DNA of 64,000 bases, from assembly GCF_009914755.1 (NCBI RefSeq), contig NC_060933.1. One strand, written 5' to 3'. The translations under genes and the position numbers were made by a program. Origin of the DNA: the human T2T-CHM13v2.0 reference genome, Homo sapiens. This document shows positions 45,241 to 59,563 of the stretch, piece after piece (the stretch's first letter is position 1; each line of letters opens with the position of its first letter). Under the pieces are notes generated by a model, which was not told the DNA's origin, ran no database searches, and saw only the letters and a program-made list of their open reading frames with translations.

Positions 45241-47196
45241 CAAGTGGATTTTACATGAGGAATGCAAGGATGGTTCAACATACATAAAGCAATAGATGTG
45301 AAACATCACTTAACAGAATTGAGAACAAAAACTATATGATCATCTCAACAGATGCAGAAAAAGCATTTTATAAAATTCAGCATCCCTTACATGATAAATT
45401 GATAACCTCAACAAACTAGGCACAGAAGGAAAATACCTCAAAATAATAAAGCCCATATACATCAAACCCACAGCCAGCACCATACTAAATGGGGAAAAGT
45501 CTAAAGCATTCCCTCCAAGAACTGGAACAAGGCAAGGATGCCCACTTTCACCACCCATATTCAACATAGTACTGGAAGTCCTAGCTAGAGCAATCAAGTG
45601 AAAGAAATAAAAGGCATCCAAACTGGAAAAAAGTAAGTCAAATTATCCCTGTTCACTGATGATGCATTCTTACATCTAGAAAACCCTAAACATTCCATCA
45701 AAAACTCTTCAATTCAATAAATAAATTCAGGAAAATTTTAGGATACAAAATCAATCTACTAAAATTAGTAGCATTTCTACATATCAATAATGATCTAGTT
45801 GAGAACCAAATCAAGAAGGCAATTCCATCTGCAATACCTACCAAAAAATTAAAACATCTAGGAATATTTTTAACCAGGAAGATGAAAGACCTCTACCAAG
45901 AAAGCTACAAAACACTGATGAAAGAAATTGTAGATAACCCAAATGGAAAAACATCCCATGCTAATTGATCAGAGTTAATATTATTAAAGTGTCCATACTG
46001 TCAAAAACAATCTACAAATTTAATGCAATCCCTACCAAAATACCAACATCATTTTTCACAGATTTAGAAAAAAATAGTCCTAAAATTCATATGGAACTGA
46101 AAAAGAGCCCAAATAGCCAAAGCAATCCCAAGCAAAAAGAACAAAGCTGGAGCCATCATATTATCTGATTTCAAATTATACCACCAGGCTACAGTAACCA
46201 AAACAGCATGGAACTGGTATAAACACACAAATCAATGGAGCAGAGTAGATAACACAGGAATAAAATCACATATTTATAGCCAACTGATCTTTGATAAAGT
46301 CAACAAGAACATATACTGGGGGAAGGACACTCTTTTTAGTAAATTGTGCTAGAAAAACTGGATTGTCATTTGCAGAAGAATGAAAGTGGATCGTATTCTC
46401 TCACCAGATAAAAAAAGTCAACTCAAGATGAATTAAATGTAAGATCTGAAACTATAAAAGTACTAAAAGAAAACCTAGGGAAAACTTCTCAACATTGGTC
46501 TAGGCAAAAAATTCATCACCAAGACCTCAAAAGCACAGGCAACAGAAACAAAAACAGACAAATGGGATTTAATTAAACTAAAAAGCTTCTGCACAGCAAA
46601 GGAAATAATCAGCTGAGTGAACAAACAACTAGTGAAATGGGAGAAAATATTTGCAAACTATGCATTTTGACAGGGACTGACAGTCAGAATTTATAAGAAA
46701 CTCAAACAACTCAACAAAAAAACCTCAAATAATCCCATTAAAAAGTGGGCAAAGAACATGAATAGACATTTTTCAAAAGAAGACATACAAATGGCCAACA
46801 AACATAAGAAAGAATGCTCAAAATCATTAATCATCAGAGAAACGCAAATTAAAAACACAATGAAATATCATCTTACACCAGACAGAATGGCTATTATTAA
46901 AAAGACAAAAAATAACAGATGTTAGCAAGGATGCAGAGAAAAGGGAACTTATATACTATTGGTGGGAATGTAAATTAGTAAGTGCTCTATGGAAAACAGC
47001 ATGGAGATTTCTCAAAGAACTGAAAATAGAACTACCATTCAATTCAGTAATCTCACTACTGGGATCTACTCAAAGGACAATAAATCATTGTATCAAAAAG
47101 ACACCTGCACTCTTGTTTCTCTCAGCACTATTCACAATAGCAAAGATGTGGAATCAACCTAAGTATCCATCAGTAGATGACTGGATAAAGAAAATG

Positions 47197-47275
<79 letters not shown>

Positions 47276-47636
47276 ATTGAATACTATTCAGCCATAAAAT
47301 AATGAAATCATATCTTTTCCACCAACATGGATGGAGCTAGAGGCCATTACCTTAAATTAAATAAGTCAGACACAGACAAGTATCACATGTTCACACTTAT
47401 AAGTGGAAGCTAAATAATGTGTACACATGGACACAGAATGTGGAATGATAGACAACAAACACTTGGAAGGGTGAGGATGTGTGAGGGGATGGATGCCAAA
47501 AAATTATTTAATGGGTATAATGTATGTTATTTAGGTGACAGATATCCTAGAAGCCTTGATTTCACCACTACACAATCTATGCCTGTAACAAAATTACACT
47601 TGCACCCCATAAATTTATACAAAAGGTAGTAATAAG
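45241..47636 (+). mobile_element. 5'-truncated L1PB-like element (decayed RT to 3' end)
   Basis: ORF2 RT motifs (CAGATGCAGAAAAAGCATTT, GGAACAAGGCAAGGATGCCCACT); L1PB4-like 3' end; TSD GAGAACTGAT at 45231-45240 and 47637-47646; internal (TA)n(CA)n at about 47199-47274. Confidence 0.9.
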
Positions 47637-47707
47637 GAGAACTGATAGCACTATTGAGTCTTCTTATCCAATTGAGATTTGGAACAATGCCTCTCCATGT
47701 ATTCAGG

Positions 47708-48025
<318 letters not shown>

Positions 48026-48366
48026 TAAAATGTCTCCCTTAATAATATTCTGCAGTTTTCTGTGAAAAGGACTTCTGCATCTTTTGTTAAATATTTAAAA
48101 ATATTTTATTTGGTACTGTTGTAAATAAATTTTTTAAAATTTCATTTTCCAATTGTTTGCTGCTAGTATATATGTATGTATGCTATTGATTTTTGTATCC
48201 TGCAGACTTATACTAGTGGTTCTGTAGTTTCCTTGAGGTTTTCTATGTAAACAATCATGTTATGTTCAAATAGAGACAATTTTACTTCTTTCCCACCAAT
48301 ATTTATGCCTTTACATGTTTTTCTTGCTTCATTGCCATAGCTAGGTTCTCAGTACAATTAACCAGA

Positions 48367-48369
<3 letters not shown>

Positions 48370-48403
<34 letters not shown>
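48370..48403. repeat. (GA)n microsatellite
   Basis: Direct inspection. Confidence 0.95.
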
Positions 48404-48407
<4 letters not shown>

Positions 48408-48551
48408 CATGCACTTACTTCCTTATCCTTCTGATCCTAGGGAGAAAGTATTCAATATTTCAACAATAAGTATTGTATTGGGTTAGCTCCAGGTTTTTCA
48501 CAGATGCCCTTTATCAGGTGGAAGAAGTCCCTTTCTCTGCTTAGTTTGTTG

Positions 48552-49750
48552 GAGAAAGAAACAATTCCACACTCATATTAAGAGATTTAACACTTCTCTT
48601 TCATCAGCTTATTGATCAGTTACAAAAATATCAGTAAACATTTGGAGGAAGTGAACATTATCATCAGTTACCTTTACCTAATTGCTATTTCTGTATCACT
48701 ACACATTCTTTTCAAGTACACATAGAAAGTTCACTAAGACAAACTATATGCTGGGCCATAATACAAGTCCCCAAAATTTAAAAATATTTGAAATAGCACA
48801 AAGTAGGTTCACTGACTACAGCAGAATTAAATTAGAAATAATAACAGATCAAGGAAATACCCCAATATTTGGAAATTAACCTGCACACTTCTAAACAATG
48901 CACATTTCAAAAAAAAATCCCAAAGAATTTTAAAAATATTTCTAATTGACAGATATGTAAAAATACAATAAATATATCAAAATGTATGGGATGCGTTAAA
49001 GCAGTGTGAGGAGGAAAATTTACACTTTTAAAGGCTTATGTCAGAAAAGAGGAAACATGTGACCTCAGAGACGGAACAGTTCACCTCAAAAAGCTAAAAA
49101 AAGAAGAGCAAAGTAAACCCAAAGAAGACGGAAGGAGCAGAAGTCAACAAGAGAGAAAACAAATGTTAGAAAAAGATTACACAGCTTCCCTCGCTGTGAT
49201 CTACTGAAAATCGCCCTCAACACAAGGGATTGTAAAGAAACAAAGTGAAAAAAAAATCTTTTTTAAAAAAGAAAAAGATTACAAAGCTAAATCGTAGTTC
49301 TTTAAAAGCAACAAAATAAAGTCATAACTAGTTAATAAGAAAAAATTATTAATAGAGCACAAATGACAAATATCAGAAATGAAACACTGGTTACCACTTC
49401 AGATATTAAAAGAATAATAAGCTGATTTTGTGAACAACTTTATAGCAATCAATTTGGCAACTTAATGAACTGAACAAATTTCCTGAGAAGTACGATCTAC
49501 CAAAATTTACACAAGATGAAAGGGAAAATATGAATAATCCTGTATCCATGAAAGAAATTGAATTTGTCATCATTAACCTTCCCACCAAGGAAACCAGCCC
49601 AGATTGTTTCACAAGTGAATTCCATCAAACGTTCAAAGACATAATAGCACCAACTGTACACAGACTCTTCCAGGAAATAGAGGAAGAGGGAACACATCCA
49701 TGTTTCATGGGACCAGCATAACCTCGCATCAAAAGATAACAAAACATTAA
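48552..49750 (+). mobile_element. Old L1M ORF2 fragment (endonuclease to pre-RT region)
   Basis: YTFFSSTHRKFTKTNYMLG...DYSRIKLEI and NLPTKETSPDCFTSEFHQTFK resemble L1 ORF2. Confidence 0.85.
49182..49269 (+). pseudogene. Retrocopy of the 28S rRNA 3' terminus (SINE28/LSU-rRNA-like)
   Basis: CAGCTTCCCTCGCTGTGATCTACTGAAAATCGCCCTCAACACAAGGGATTGT matches the recalled 28S 3' end; A-rich tail; perfect TSD AGAAAAAGATTACA at 49168-49181 and 49270-49283. Confidence 0.88.
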
Positions 49751-50120
49751 CCCCCTCCACTCCACTAAAAAGAACTTTTTTACAACACTAAAGTTAACAA
49801 ATTAATACTTTTATGAGAGTTGCAAAGTGTATGCAGGCTCCATTGTGGAAGAAATGGCTCATTTAAGCCAATGAGAACCAAAATCAGCTCCCAACTTAAT
49901 AATGTTAAACTCCATTCCACGATGTATTTTTAAGAGCTTGCCAAATTTGGTAATAAATTAATTTTTAAAAGGAAAGAAAAGCTAAATCTAGACAAAGAAA
50001 CACAGAAAACCAAATTATCGGTTTGGAAGATATTCAAATATATTAACTAGGACCCTGGGAAAACCATGTATGTTGGGAAGGGATTTGTAGGTGAAGAAGG
50101 ATGTAGAAAAATTCAAGAAG

Positions 50121-50441
50121 AGCCTGGTGATGTGGCTCACACCTGCAATTCCAGCACTTTGGGAGGCTAAAGCGGGAGGATCACTTGAGGTTGGGAGTTT
50201 GAGACCAGCCTGGCCAACATGGTGAAACTCTTGTCTCTACTAAAAATACAAAAATTAGCCAGGTGTGGTGACTCATGCCTGTAATCCCAGCTACTCGGGA
50301 GGCTGAGGCATAAGAATCGCTTGAATTCGGGAGGTGGAGGTTGCAGTGAGCCAGGAGGCAGAGGTTGCAGTGAGGCAAGATCGCACCACTGCACTCCAGC
50401 ATGGGCAACAGACTGAGGCTTTGTCTCAAAAAAAGAAAAGA
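50121..50441 (+). mobile_element. AluS with a 24-bp internal tandem duplication
   Basis: GGAGG..GAGGTTGCAGTGAG.CA x2 at 50330-50377; TSD AAAAT(T/A)CAAGAAG. Confidence 0.95.
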
Positions 50442-50924
50442 AAAATACAAGAAGGAAAACGGGCTTCTGCCATTTTCGGTGGCATGTTGTACAGAATTTG
50501 ACAAGCATGTCCAGGTGAAATCTTTGAAGAAGGCACTGCAGTTTCTGTGTTGGCGGACGTCCTCATTTTTGTTTCCACCCTGTAGCTAAGTGGCCATCCT
50601 GCTCAGAATATCTGTGACAGTTGGATTAGGACATATTTAGTGATTAGGAATCAGCATGTTACATGGTGTATAAAAGTCAGGCCCAAGAAAGACTCTGACC
50701 ACCTGAACATCGGCAAGCTCACGTGACGCCCAAGAGTCAAGACTGCGGAGCGGTGGACAGAAGAACTGCATCAGGAGCCCCTAAAAGGCTGGCTCACAAG
50801 GGCTGTAGAAGAGCCACCATGACAGTGTTCTGGCTGAAGATCAGGCTGCATGGTCTGACAAAGGACTTTCTGGCTGGCAGTTTGACAGCACCTGTGGTTT
50901 ATTTAAAAAAATAATAATAATAAC

Positions 50925-51378
<454 letters not shown>

Positions 51379-53222
51379 TCAGAACTCTCACGGCAATTTG
51401 ACAGGACTGTGGCATCAAAGTGTGTGCCTGTGTTTCAGTAATCCATGTCCTCTGTGTTTTACAAAAGCACTGGCCCAAGACAGATTGGGGAAAAACTACA
51501 AAAAATTGCTCCTTCCCTACAGGCTGTTCCAGGACAGCAGCTCTGGAGTGTGGCTTGGCGGTCATTTCTGGGGGAAGCTGCAGACAATTAGCCACAGATG
51601 ATACTTAGGGTCTCAGACCCCACAGTTGATGCTTAAAATAGATGTTAATGACTTCAGAGATGTCCCTAAGCTTATCTGATTCATACCCTCTCATTTCCAA
51701 TGTGTTTTCTGAGGGAAAAAGAAGGGTTTTCGGTCAGTGTGCCAGGAGATCCAAAATCCAGGGCATCCCTGGGTAGCCTGACCTGCTGGGACAATGAAAA
51801 GGTGGAGAGAGGACTCCCAGGGACGGCAATGAGGAAACAGGGCTGCCACGGCCCACAGGCCTGGGTGTGATCTTGCTGCAGAGCCAGGAAGCTCCTTGCA
51901 GCGGTGAATGTGGTGGCGGTGCTGGCCGGGCACCGTGGCTGTGCCTGGCAGGCCTGCTGAGGGCACAGGGATTCATCGCGCTTGGCTCAGAAGCTTCGTT
52001 TTTCTGAGACAGCTCCCAGCTTCACTCAAACGTGGTTACCTACAGATGCAAACTGGAAACGATGCACTGTTTGTTCCCTTGCAATCTCTACGGTGAGCAG
52101 GCAGGAGCCCCAGCCAGAGTCCTGTGGTCACACACCCACTGGTGGTCAGGTAAATTTTCTGTTTCCCAGAAGGTTTTATTTTACAGAGTTAACAGACTGT
52201 GGCCTGCTTCCATTGCTCTGAAACACGCCAACTCCAGCTTCCCCACCTTTGTGAGGACGATCAAAAACCCAGAGAACGGCAGTGTTAAGATTTGATTTCA
52301 TGATAAGCCCATCTTGTGGCAAGTTGAGTCTGGCTCTGGAAGGTGTGTTTGCCAGGAAACAAGCTGTGTATTATTTCTGTGGTTTGGCAAGGGAAACTCT
52401 GAGCTGGATGGATTTGGGAACCAGGGGAAACATAGCTCAGGCCATGAGAAGTCTGGATGAACAGGAAAACAGAGGAGGGGTCCCAGGTATTGCACAGCTC
52501 AGAGAGACAACGCCCCAGCGCCAGAACTCAGCAGCCAGCAGGGGTGTGGGCAGCACTGGGGTGTGGCTGGAAACTTCGGACACCACCCACACGGCCCACA
52601 GTGCCAAGCCCTGCTGCCTGGCCCTGCCCACAGAACCCCCCCATCCTTCTCAGCTGTGGGCTAAACACCCCCAGGATGGAAATGGCTGGGCTGTCCAGGG
52701 TGTGGAGTGAGCAGAGGCGCACAGGCAGCCTGCCTATGTGGGCCTGTGTTGGTGGGGCCCCACGTGTGGACATGCCCCGCCTGACACCAGGACTTGCCCG
52801 TGAGCCTCCCTCATCCCCAGCAGGCCTTGCTGGGACTCCTGTCTGGGGCTCAGTCCCGCTCTGGGGACATTTTAGGAGAGGCAGGTGAGTTCCTGCTGCT
52901 CCCAGGGGCCAGTCCCAGGGGACCTCATCTGTGACAGAGGATACCTCATTTATGACAGAAGACGAATTGTTGGGCACAGCCCAAGGCCTACGGAGAGCAA
53001 GGTAGGGTTGTGTCAGAGTTGCCCTGAAACCAACATCTTGTAGGTAAAGTTACTGAGGTTTGTCAAGTTGCACAGCATGGAGTAAGCCGCAGAGTGGAGG
53101 ACAGGAGGTCACTCTGTGGTTCCCGGGCATCTCATACCACCTGGTGCCATCTGGAAACAAGTGTATTCACCTGCAGTGGGGAGACCCCGCCTCCCCTGCC
53201 TCAGAGCAGCCAGCCCCTTTGT

Positions 53223-53236
53223 CTGCCACCTGGAGG
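53223..53236 (-). promoter_or_regulatory. Candidate CTCF motif
   Basis: Reverse complement CCTCCAGGTGGCAG; motif match only. Confidence 0.3.
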
Positions 53237-53914
53237 TGTCACAGGCCTTCAGAGGAGAGGGCTGTGGGGCTGCAGGGAGTCATCAGGGTGGACAAAGAGG
53301 TGCACTTGTGCAGATGTGGGCCTCATGGAGCCGAGAAGGGAAAGACTTCCCTGCAGATGACCATACAATGAGCAGGCAAGAAAGAGGACCGGAAGGCGTG
53401 AGCTGAACCCGCAGCTGGCTGAGGAGCCAACACACACGTTTCCGAGGGATCCAGGCTTAGGCTGGTGGCTCTTACGATCCCAACATCGGCTCCATTCGCC
53501 CCGGTCTGTTCATTCTACTTCCACCGAGATCATGTGCATCCCATCAGGGCATCCTCCCTTACCTTCTATGCCGCCAGTGCCCCACAGCACCCCCATGCTG
53601 TGTTCCCAAGCTCTGCACGGTTAGGTGGGGACACCCTTGCAACACACAAGGTCGGCCTTCCCATCCCACCATTGCTGCCTGCCCTGTGTCCCTGGCTCCT
53701 GCCAACCTGGTGGGTTTGCAATTCCCCACAGGGACCCACACTTCCTGGAGAGAGTAGCCACACTCGGACCTGCCCAGTGCAGAGCCGGGCCAGGCTGGAA
53801 ACAGGTCGGGGCTGACTCACTGGCCCAGAGTGGGCCACAGGTGCTGGGCACTGCTCTCTCTGCCTGCAAATCCTATCTTTTACACCCCTGCCCAGAGAAA
53901 CATTCTGTGTCTCT

Positions 53915-54362
53915 CCACGTACCAGGATGACAGCGGCCCCCAAATATGTTCATATCCTAATCCCCAGAACCCGTGGGTGTGACCTTACATGGCAAACAGG
54001 ACTCTGCAGATGTGATGAAGACCAGAATTATTTGGGGGAGGAGGGCAATGTAGTCACAAGGGTCCTCCTGAGACAGTCCGAGCAGAAGAGAGCAGGAGGT
54101 GACTCACTGATGCACACAGACTGCAGCGATGCGCTTTGAAGACAGAGGAAGGAGACAAGAGCCAAGGAATGCAGGTGGCCCCCAGAAGCAGAAAGACAGC
54201 AAAGAAATGGATTCTCCCCTAGAGCCTCCAGAAAGAACCAGCCCTGCCCACCTTTGACTTTAACCCAGTCAGATTGGTTTTAGACTTCTAGCATCCAGAA
54301 CAGTAAGAGAACAAAGCTGTGCTGTTTTAAGCCACCACCGAGTCAGTGGTCACTTGTTACTC
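53915..54362 (+). mobile_element. MLT1C/D LTR
   Basis: CCTAATCCCCAGAACC, GAGCCAAGGAATGCAGGTGGC and GGATTCTCCCCTAGAGCCTCCAGA motifs. Confidence 0.85.
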
Positions 54363-55329
54363 AAACATCACCCATCAGCACCCTGGGGAAGTGCGCCTGG
54401 CTGTCCGAATGAGCAGCCCTCTCTCCAGGACAGCCCTGCACCCGTGTTGGGCCTGTGTCTGAAACTCCCTAGCTGCACAGGCCTGGTGCCAGCTCCATGA
54501 GGCTGGGGTGCCACTGTGAGTGGCTCCATCACTCAGTCAGCCCTCGCCACAGGCCTGCAAATGGCCACTGCATGCTGGTGCTGTGGACATCCATGGCTTG
54601 GTTCCATTTCAGGGGAAAGCCCCTGAGGACTTGGGGAATGCTTTCCTCCCTCAGCCACGCTATTCAGCGACCCCACTGGTGACCTGTCCAGGCTGAGCCC
54701 CCCCAAACACGCTGGCCCAGTGACTGCTGCCACCCCCCTTGGCCGGCTGCTTGGTCCAGAGGCAAGAGTCTCGGCCAAGGACAAGGCACCACAGTCCTTT
54801 CCTGGTATATTTCAAATAGGAACTGGGAACCAAGGGCCAGTCCCATTAACTTGAGTAAGAGGCAGACACCAGCCGGCACAGAGTGGGTCCCACTGCCTGG
54901 GCCCTTCCTGCACCTCTGCTCGCTGCTCTGCCCCAGCCCGGGCTCAGCAGGGACCGGCCTGGAGACCAGCCCCAGAGCGGGACCTCAGTGCATGGGTGCC
55001 GGGGAACAGTGGGGGCCTGACAGGGCTCCTCAGACCTTCCCGTGGAGGAAGGCAGGAAGGTGGGCTTCCCAGGAGCCGTGGGCAGGCAGGCACCCTTGGG
55101 CTTCCTTTTTCCCATCTGTATAAGGAACTGCTCTAGGGCCATGAGACACTCTCTGCTGATCCTGTCCCATGGTCCTAGGGGCACTGTCTGCCCACCCACC
55201 CTGAGTGGCCTTGGTCACAGCTGCAGTGGGACACCAAGTGGGTCCATAGCCATTATGGACTCCCACACGCAGCGGCCACCATATGCTGTGGGGTCCTCAT
55301 CTCAGGTGCCCACATTCAGATAAGATTTG

Positions 55330-55460
55330 GGATAGACCATAAATTCCACAAGGACAGGGATTTTTAAAAATTTGTGTTTACTGATGCCACTCAAAAGCCT
55401 ATAATCAGTATAAGCCTGACACAGACAGGTGCTCAGGAAACAATTTTTGAATGAATGACT
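55330..55460 (+). mobile_element. L2 3' end
   Basis: CCTGACACAGACAGGTGCTCAG...TGAATGAATGA terminus. Confidence 0.65.
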
Positions 55461-56299
55461 AGATGCTGAATTATTTGCTTGGTAGGATGAGGATGGGCAT
55501 TTCCAACATATTGCAACTGGAAACAGTGTTCCACGTTTAGAACTCCTCTTCGCCTCATGAGCTAATTTGGCACATTACTGGTCTGAGTGAGCTGTGGGTT
55601 GTCTGTACAGTTTTTGTTTGTAGCAAAGCTATAAAACAAACTGTGCAGGCCAAGAATAGATTGACATTGTTCACGATGGTGCTTACAGGCTGCGCAAGAT
55701 GTATTAGAAGTCTTTGCATAAATAATAATTACAGAAATCCAAATTAATGAGAGAGCATTTCTCAATGATCGGATTGGTAGAGTCCAGCATCCACGTGCAC
55801 TCCTGACCAGGACGTAGAGAGAGGCCCTCCAGGAGGTGTGCAAAGTGGCGTGGATTTGGGACAGCGATTTGACAGTATCTGAGAAAGTTAAAACTCTGCA
55901 TCCCCAACACACAGCAAGCCCTGCAGCGGTAAGTCTGGGTCACAGTGAAGGCTCAGGACAACCCCAACCATCCAGGGAGGAACAGCTAATAAGAATGGCA
56001 CCCTTGCTGGAAAGTGTATGGTTGCTGACTGGAAGAAATATCCATGACATGTTGTGATGTGTGTGCAGCTGCAGACCTCTACGTAGAGTAAGTATGTTAT
56101 TGTTTGTGGAAAAAAGTATGTGTGTGTTCACAGGTATGTACATGTTTGTGTGTGTGTGCAAATGAGCACAAGCATTGACTTGTTGGAATGTGGGTGCATG
56201 GTGCGTGTGTTCCTGTTTGTGTCTATGCATGTGTGTGTGCATGTGTCTTTTGTAAGTACAGGAAGAAGTCAGGAGTCGTCATGGTAGTGAGGATAGCAG

Positions 56300-56500
56300 T
56301 ACTGTGTCCTATCAGGGCCAGACACGGCACCTTTCAGATACTGTAGTCATGCACTTAATCCTCAACTGGGTTACCACACCACTGTTATCTCCAATTCACA
56401 GATCAGGAAACTGAGGCAAGCGACCAACCTAAGTTGAATTCTGAAGTCAGGCAACTTGTGTCCAAAGTCCATGACCAGAATCTTTCTGTTTTGCCGCCAT
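56300..56500 (-). mobile_element. MIR fragment
   Basis: Core ACAGATCAGGAAACTGAGGC. Confidence 0.6.
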
Positions 56501-56639
56501 GCTCAAAATAGGAAAGGCAAGGTGAAGCGTGCTGTTAAACATTGTTAACTGGTGGGCACTATGGGTGTTTTTTACTTTTTTCTTTTTGTATTTTTATCTT
56601 TCAGGCGATTACTTTAAAACATGAAAGAAATTGCACCTT

Positions 56640-56820
56640 TTCCTTAAGGGCAAGATGGTGCTGTGGGCTTTCCTCTCTCCTGATGAGATGATGCAAATGG
56701 ACTCCATAGAGAAACGCTGCCCGTGTAACAATGCAGTTACGCAACCCGGTGCATGACACATGAATTGCAGCGCACCTGAGATCCTGATGAAATCCTGGGA
56801 GCCTGGAGCTGTCAAACATG
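56640..56820. promoter_or_regulatory. Candidate enhancer with clustered bZIP motifs
   Basis: TGATGCAAA at 56689, TTACGCAA at 56737, TGATGAAAT at 56785, ATGCAAAT at 56691, GGGCTTTCC at about 56665; non-repetitive, with retained CpGs. Confidence 0.5.
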
Positions 56821-57439
56821 GTTTTAAAAAATAAAGGGAATACACCCAGCCCACACCCTGACTTTACAACCTTTAATTAATTAGAGGAAAGAAAGAGAGA
56901 TTTGTCTGGTTTCATGACTTCAACTTTCCACCTGGAATATGAAGCTCCTGCTCTTCCCACCTCCTTTTCTTCTCTCTCTCTCTCTCAGGTTTTTAAATTT
57001 CTATTTCCAGTTCTGCCACCAAAAATAGATTGCAAATATATTCTGCATAATTCCGAGGCTACACTATAAATGTTGGAGTGCTACTACTTGTATAATAGTC
57101 ACAAATGAACGCACGAGTGGGCACAGACCGCCACTCTGCCTCCCTCCTGCTCCTGCACCAGCCAATAGTGTCTGAAGTCAGACCCATCCCATCTTCCTGT
57201 CCAGCTGTTTAGTCTCAAATTGTACATTTATTTCATTAATAGATCAGTCTAAGATGTTCATCTCATGTAACAAAGGGGCATCTTTTTTTCTTGGGAGCCT
57301 GGCTGGTTTGTTGGTGGAAAGGCAGGGCTCAGGGGCCGTCGATGTTTAACTTAAGCCTCCTGTACTTTCACATTCTGGGACCCAGCACCTTCTTGTCTAT
57401 AGTTAGCTTTTTGAAAAGTGCTATTTGATTACAATTTAA

Positions 57440-57737
<298 letters not shown>

Positions 57738-57799
57738 TTAAACACACTTTCATTCACTGAATCAACAACTCTTACCAGTCATGGTCAATAGCTGTATCA

Positions 57800-57935
57800 T
57801 GACAATAACTTAACTTGGGGAGTTTAAAAAATACCCACACCTGGATCCTACCCCAGGACTGGTTGAAGTCACCTGGGTGGGGCTCTGGCCGGGCGATTTT
57901 CAGGTGATTGTAATATGCAATCAGGGTTGAGTCCT
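57800..57935. mobile_element. MER5A fragment
   Basis: CAGGTGATTGTAATATGCAATCAGGGTTGAG motif. Confidence 0.6.
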
Positions 57936-58149
57936 TCTGCACATGGAGTTCCTTGAGCAAACCTCCTGACCCTCGAAACTGCCTCTGACAGGCTGTTTCC
58001 TCCACCCCTGCACCATGAGTATTATCTAATGACTTAATGACTAAAGGGGCATAACAATGCAAACAGCTATGGTGTACAGGATATTTACTAATGCCAGACA
58101 CATCCACACAACAACTCATTTAATCCCTATTCTGGTCTGTGAGGCCGAG

Positions 58150-58832
58150 ACTCTCCTTCCTTTCCTCTTTGGCCAATAGAATGTGAACTTCTGGGCCTTT
58201 CAAGTCCAATTCTTCAGATGCTTTGAGCTCTATGTTCTCCCGATTAGAGCCTGACCACCATGCTGCAAGGAAGCCAAGCTAGATCCATGGACAAGCCAAG
58301 GCCATCTGGAGGAGGCCCTGGAGGATGGAGGCCAGCTTGGATGTCCCAGCCAGTTCAAGCTCCCAGCTGAATGCAGCCATAGGATCAGCCACAGCCCACA
58401 CCAAGTAGGGTGGAAGAGTTGCCCAGCTAAGCCCTGTCCAAATTCCCATCCACAGAATTACGAGAAAGAAAAAGCTGTGGGCTGGGTGCGGTGGCTCATG
58501 CCCGTAATCCCAGCACTTTGGGAGGCCAAGATGGGTGAATCACCTGAGGTCAGGAGTTCGAGACCAGCCTGGCCAACATGGCAAAACCCCATCTCTACCA
58601 AAAATACAAAAATTAGCTGGGCATGGTGGTGTGCGCCTGTAGTCCCAGCTACTCGGGAGGCTGAGGCAGGAGAATCGCTTGAACCCAGGAGGTGGGGATG
58701 CAGCGAGCCCAGATCGCACCACTGCACCCCAGCCTGGGTAAGACTCCATCTCAAAAAAAAAAAAAAGAAAAGGTTGTATTGCTTGACACATGATATTTGG
58801 GGATGTTGTGTTACACAGCAGTAACTGAAATG
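58150..58832 (+). mobile_element. MLT1 (H/J-like) LTR interrupted by an Alu
   Basis: CCACCATGCTGCAAGGAAGCC, GCCCAGCTAAGCCCTG and TTTGGGGATGTTGTGTTACACAGCAGTAACTG motifs. Confidence 0.65.
58480..58769 (+). mobile_element. AluSx-like
   Basis: Full Alu. Confidence 0.95.
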
Positions 58833-59273
58833 CCATAAGGTTCCTCTGTTTCCCCTGTGCCTATAGGTGCTCTGCTGACCCCGGGCACCCAGAGAAACAG
58901 ACACACATTTCCCTAACGGAGTGTTTCCAGGGGCTTCCACTCTGATAACAACAGCACACTCACATCACCAATGAGGTGCTCCTGGTGATACCCCAGAGAG
59001 CTCGGGATGAGGGCATGAAGATGGCAGTTGAGGGACAACTTCCAGAGGGGCCGGCTGCTTATCTTCAAGACTAAATTACAGAAAACAAATCCTACCTCTT
59101 AATAGGACATTGAAGCTCAAAAACAATTCTGTTCAACTCAAACTCAGTAGAAAGAGAAAAATCCAGAGATATTTAGATAATCCAGAATGTTAGAGATACC
59201 ATTTCAAAAGTTCCTCAACAAAAAGCAAACCCCAAAAAACGATTCACAAAGCCACTTTAAAAACACAAACACT

Positions 59274-59563
<290 letters not shown>

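Noticed and set aside
45241-47636. Active L1 or intact ORF2
   Set aside because: 5'-truncated, with many stops and frameshifts
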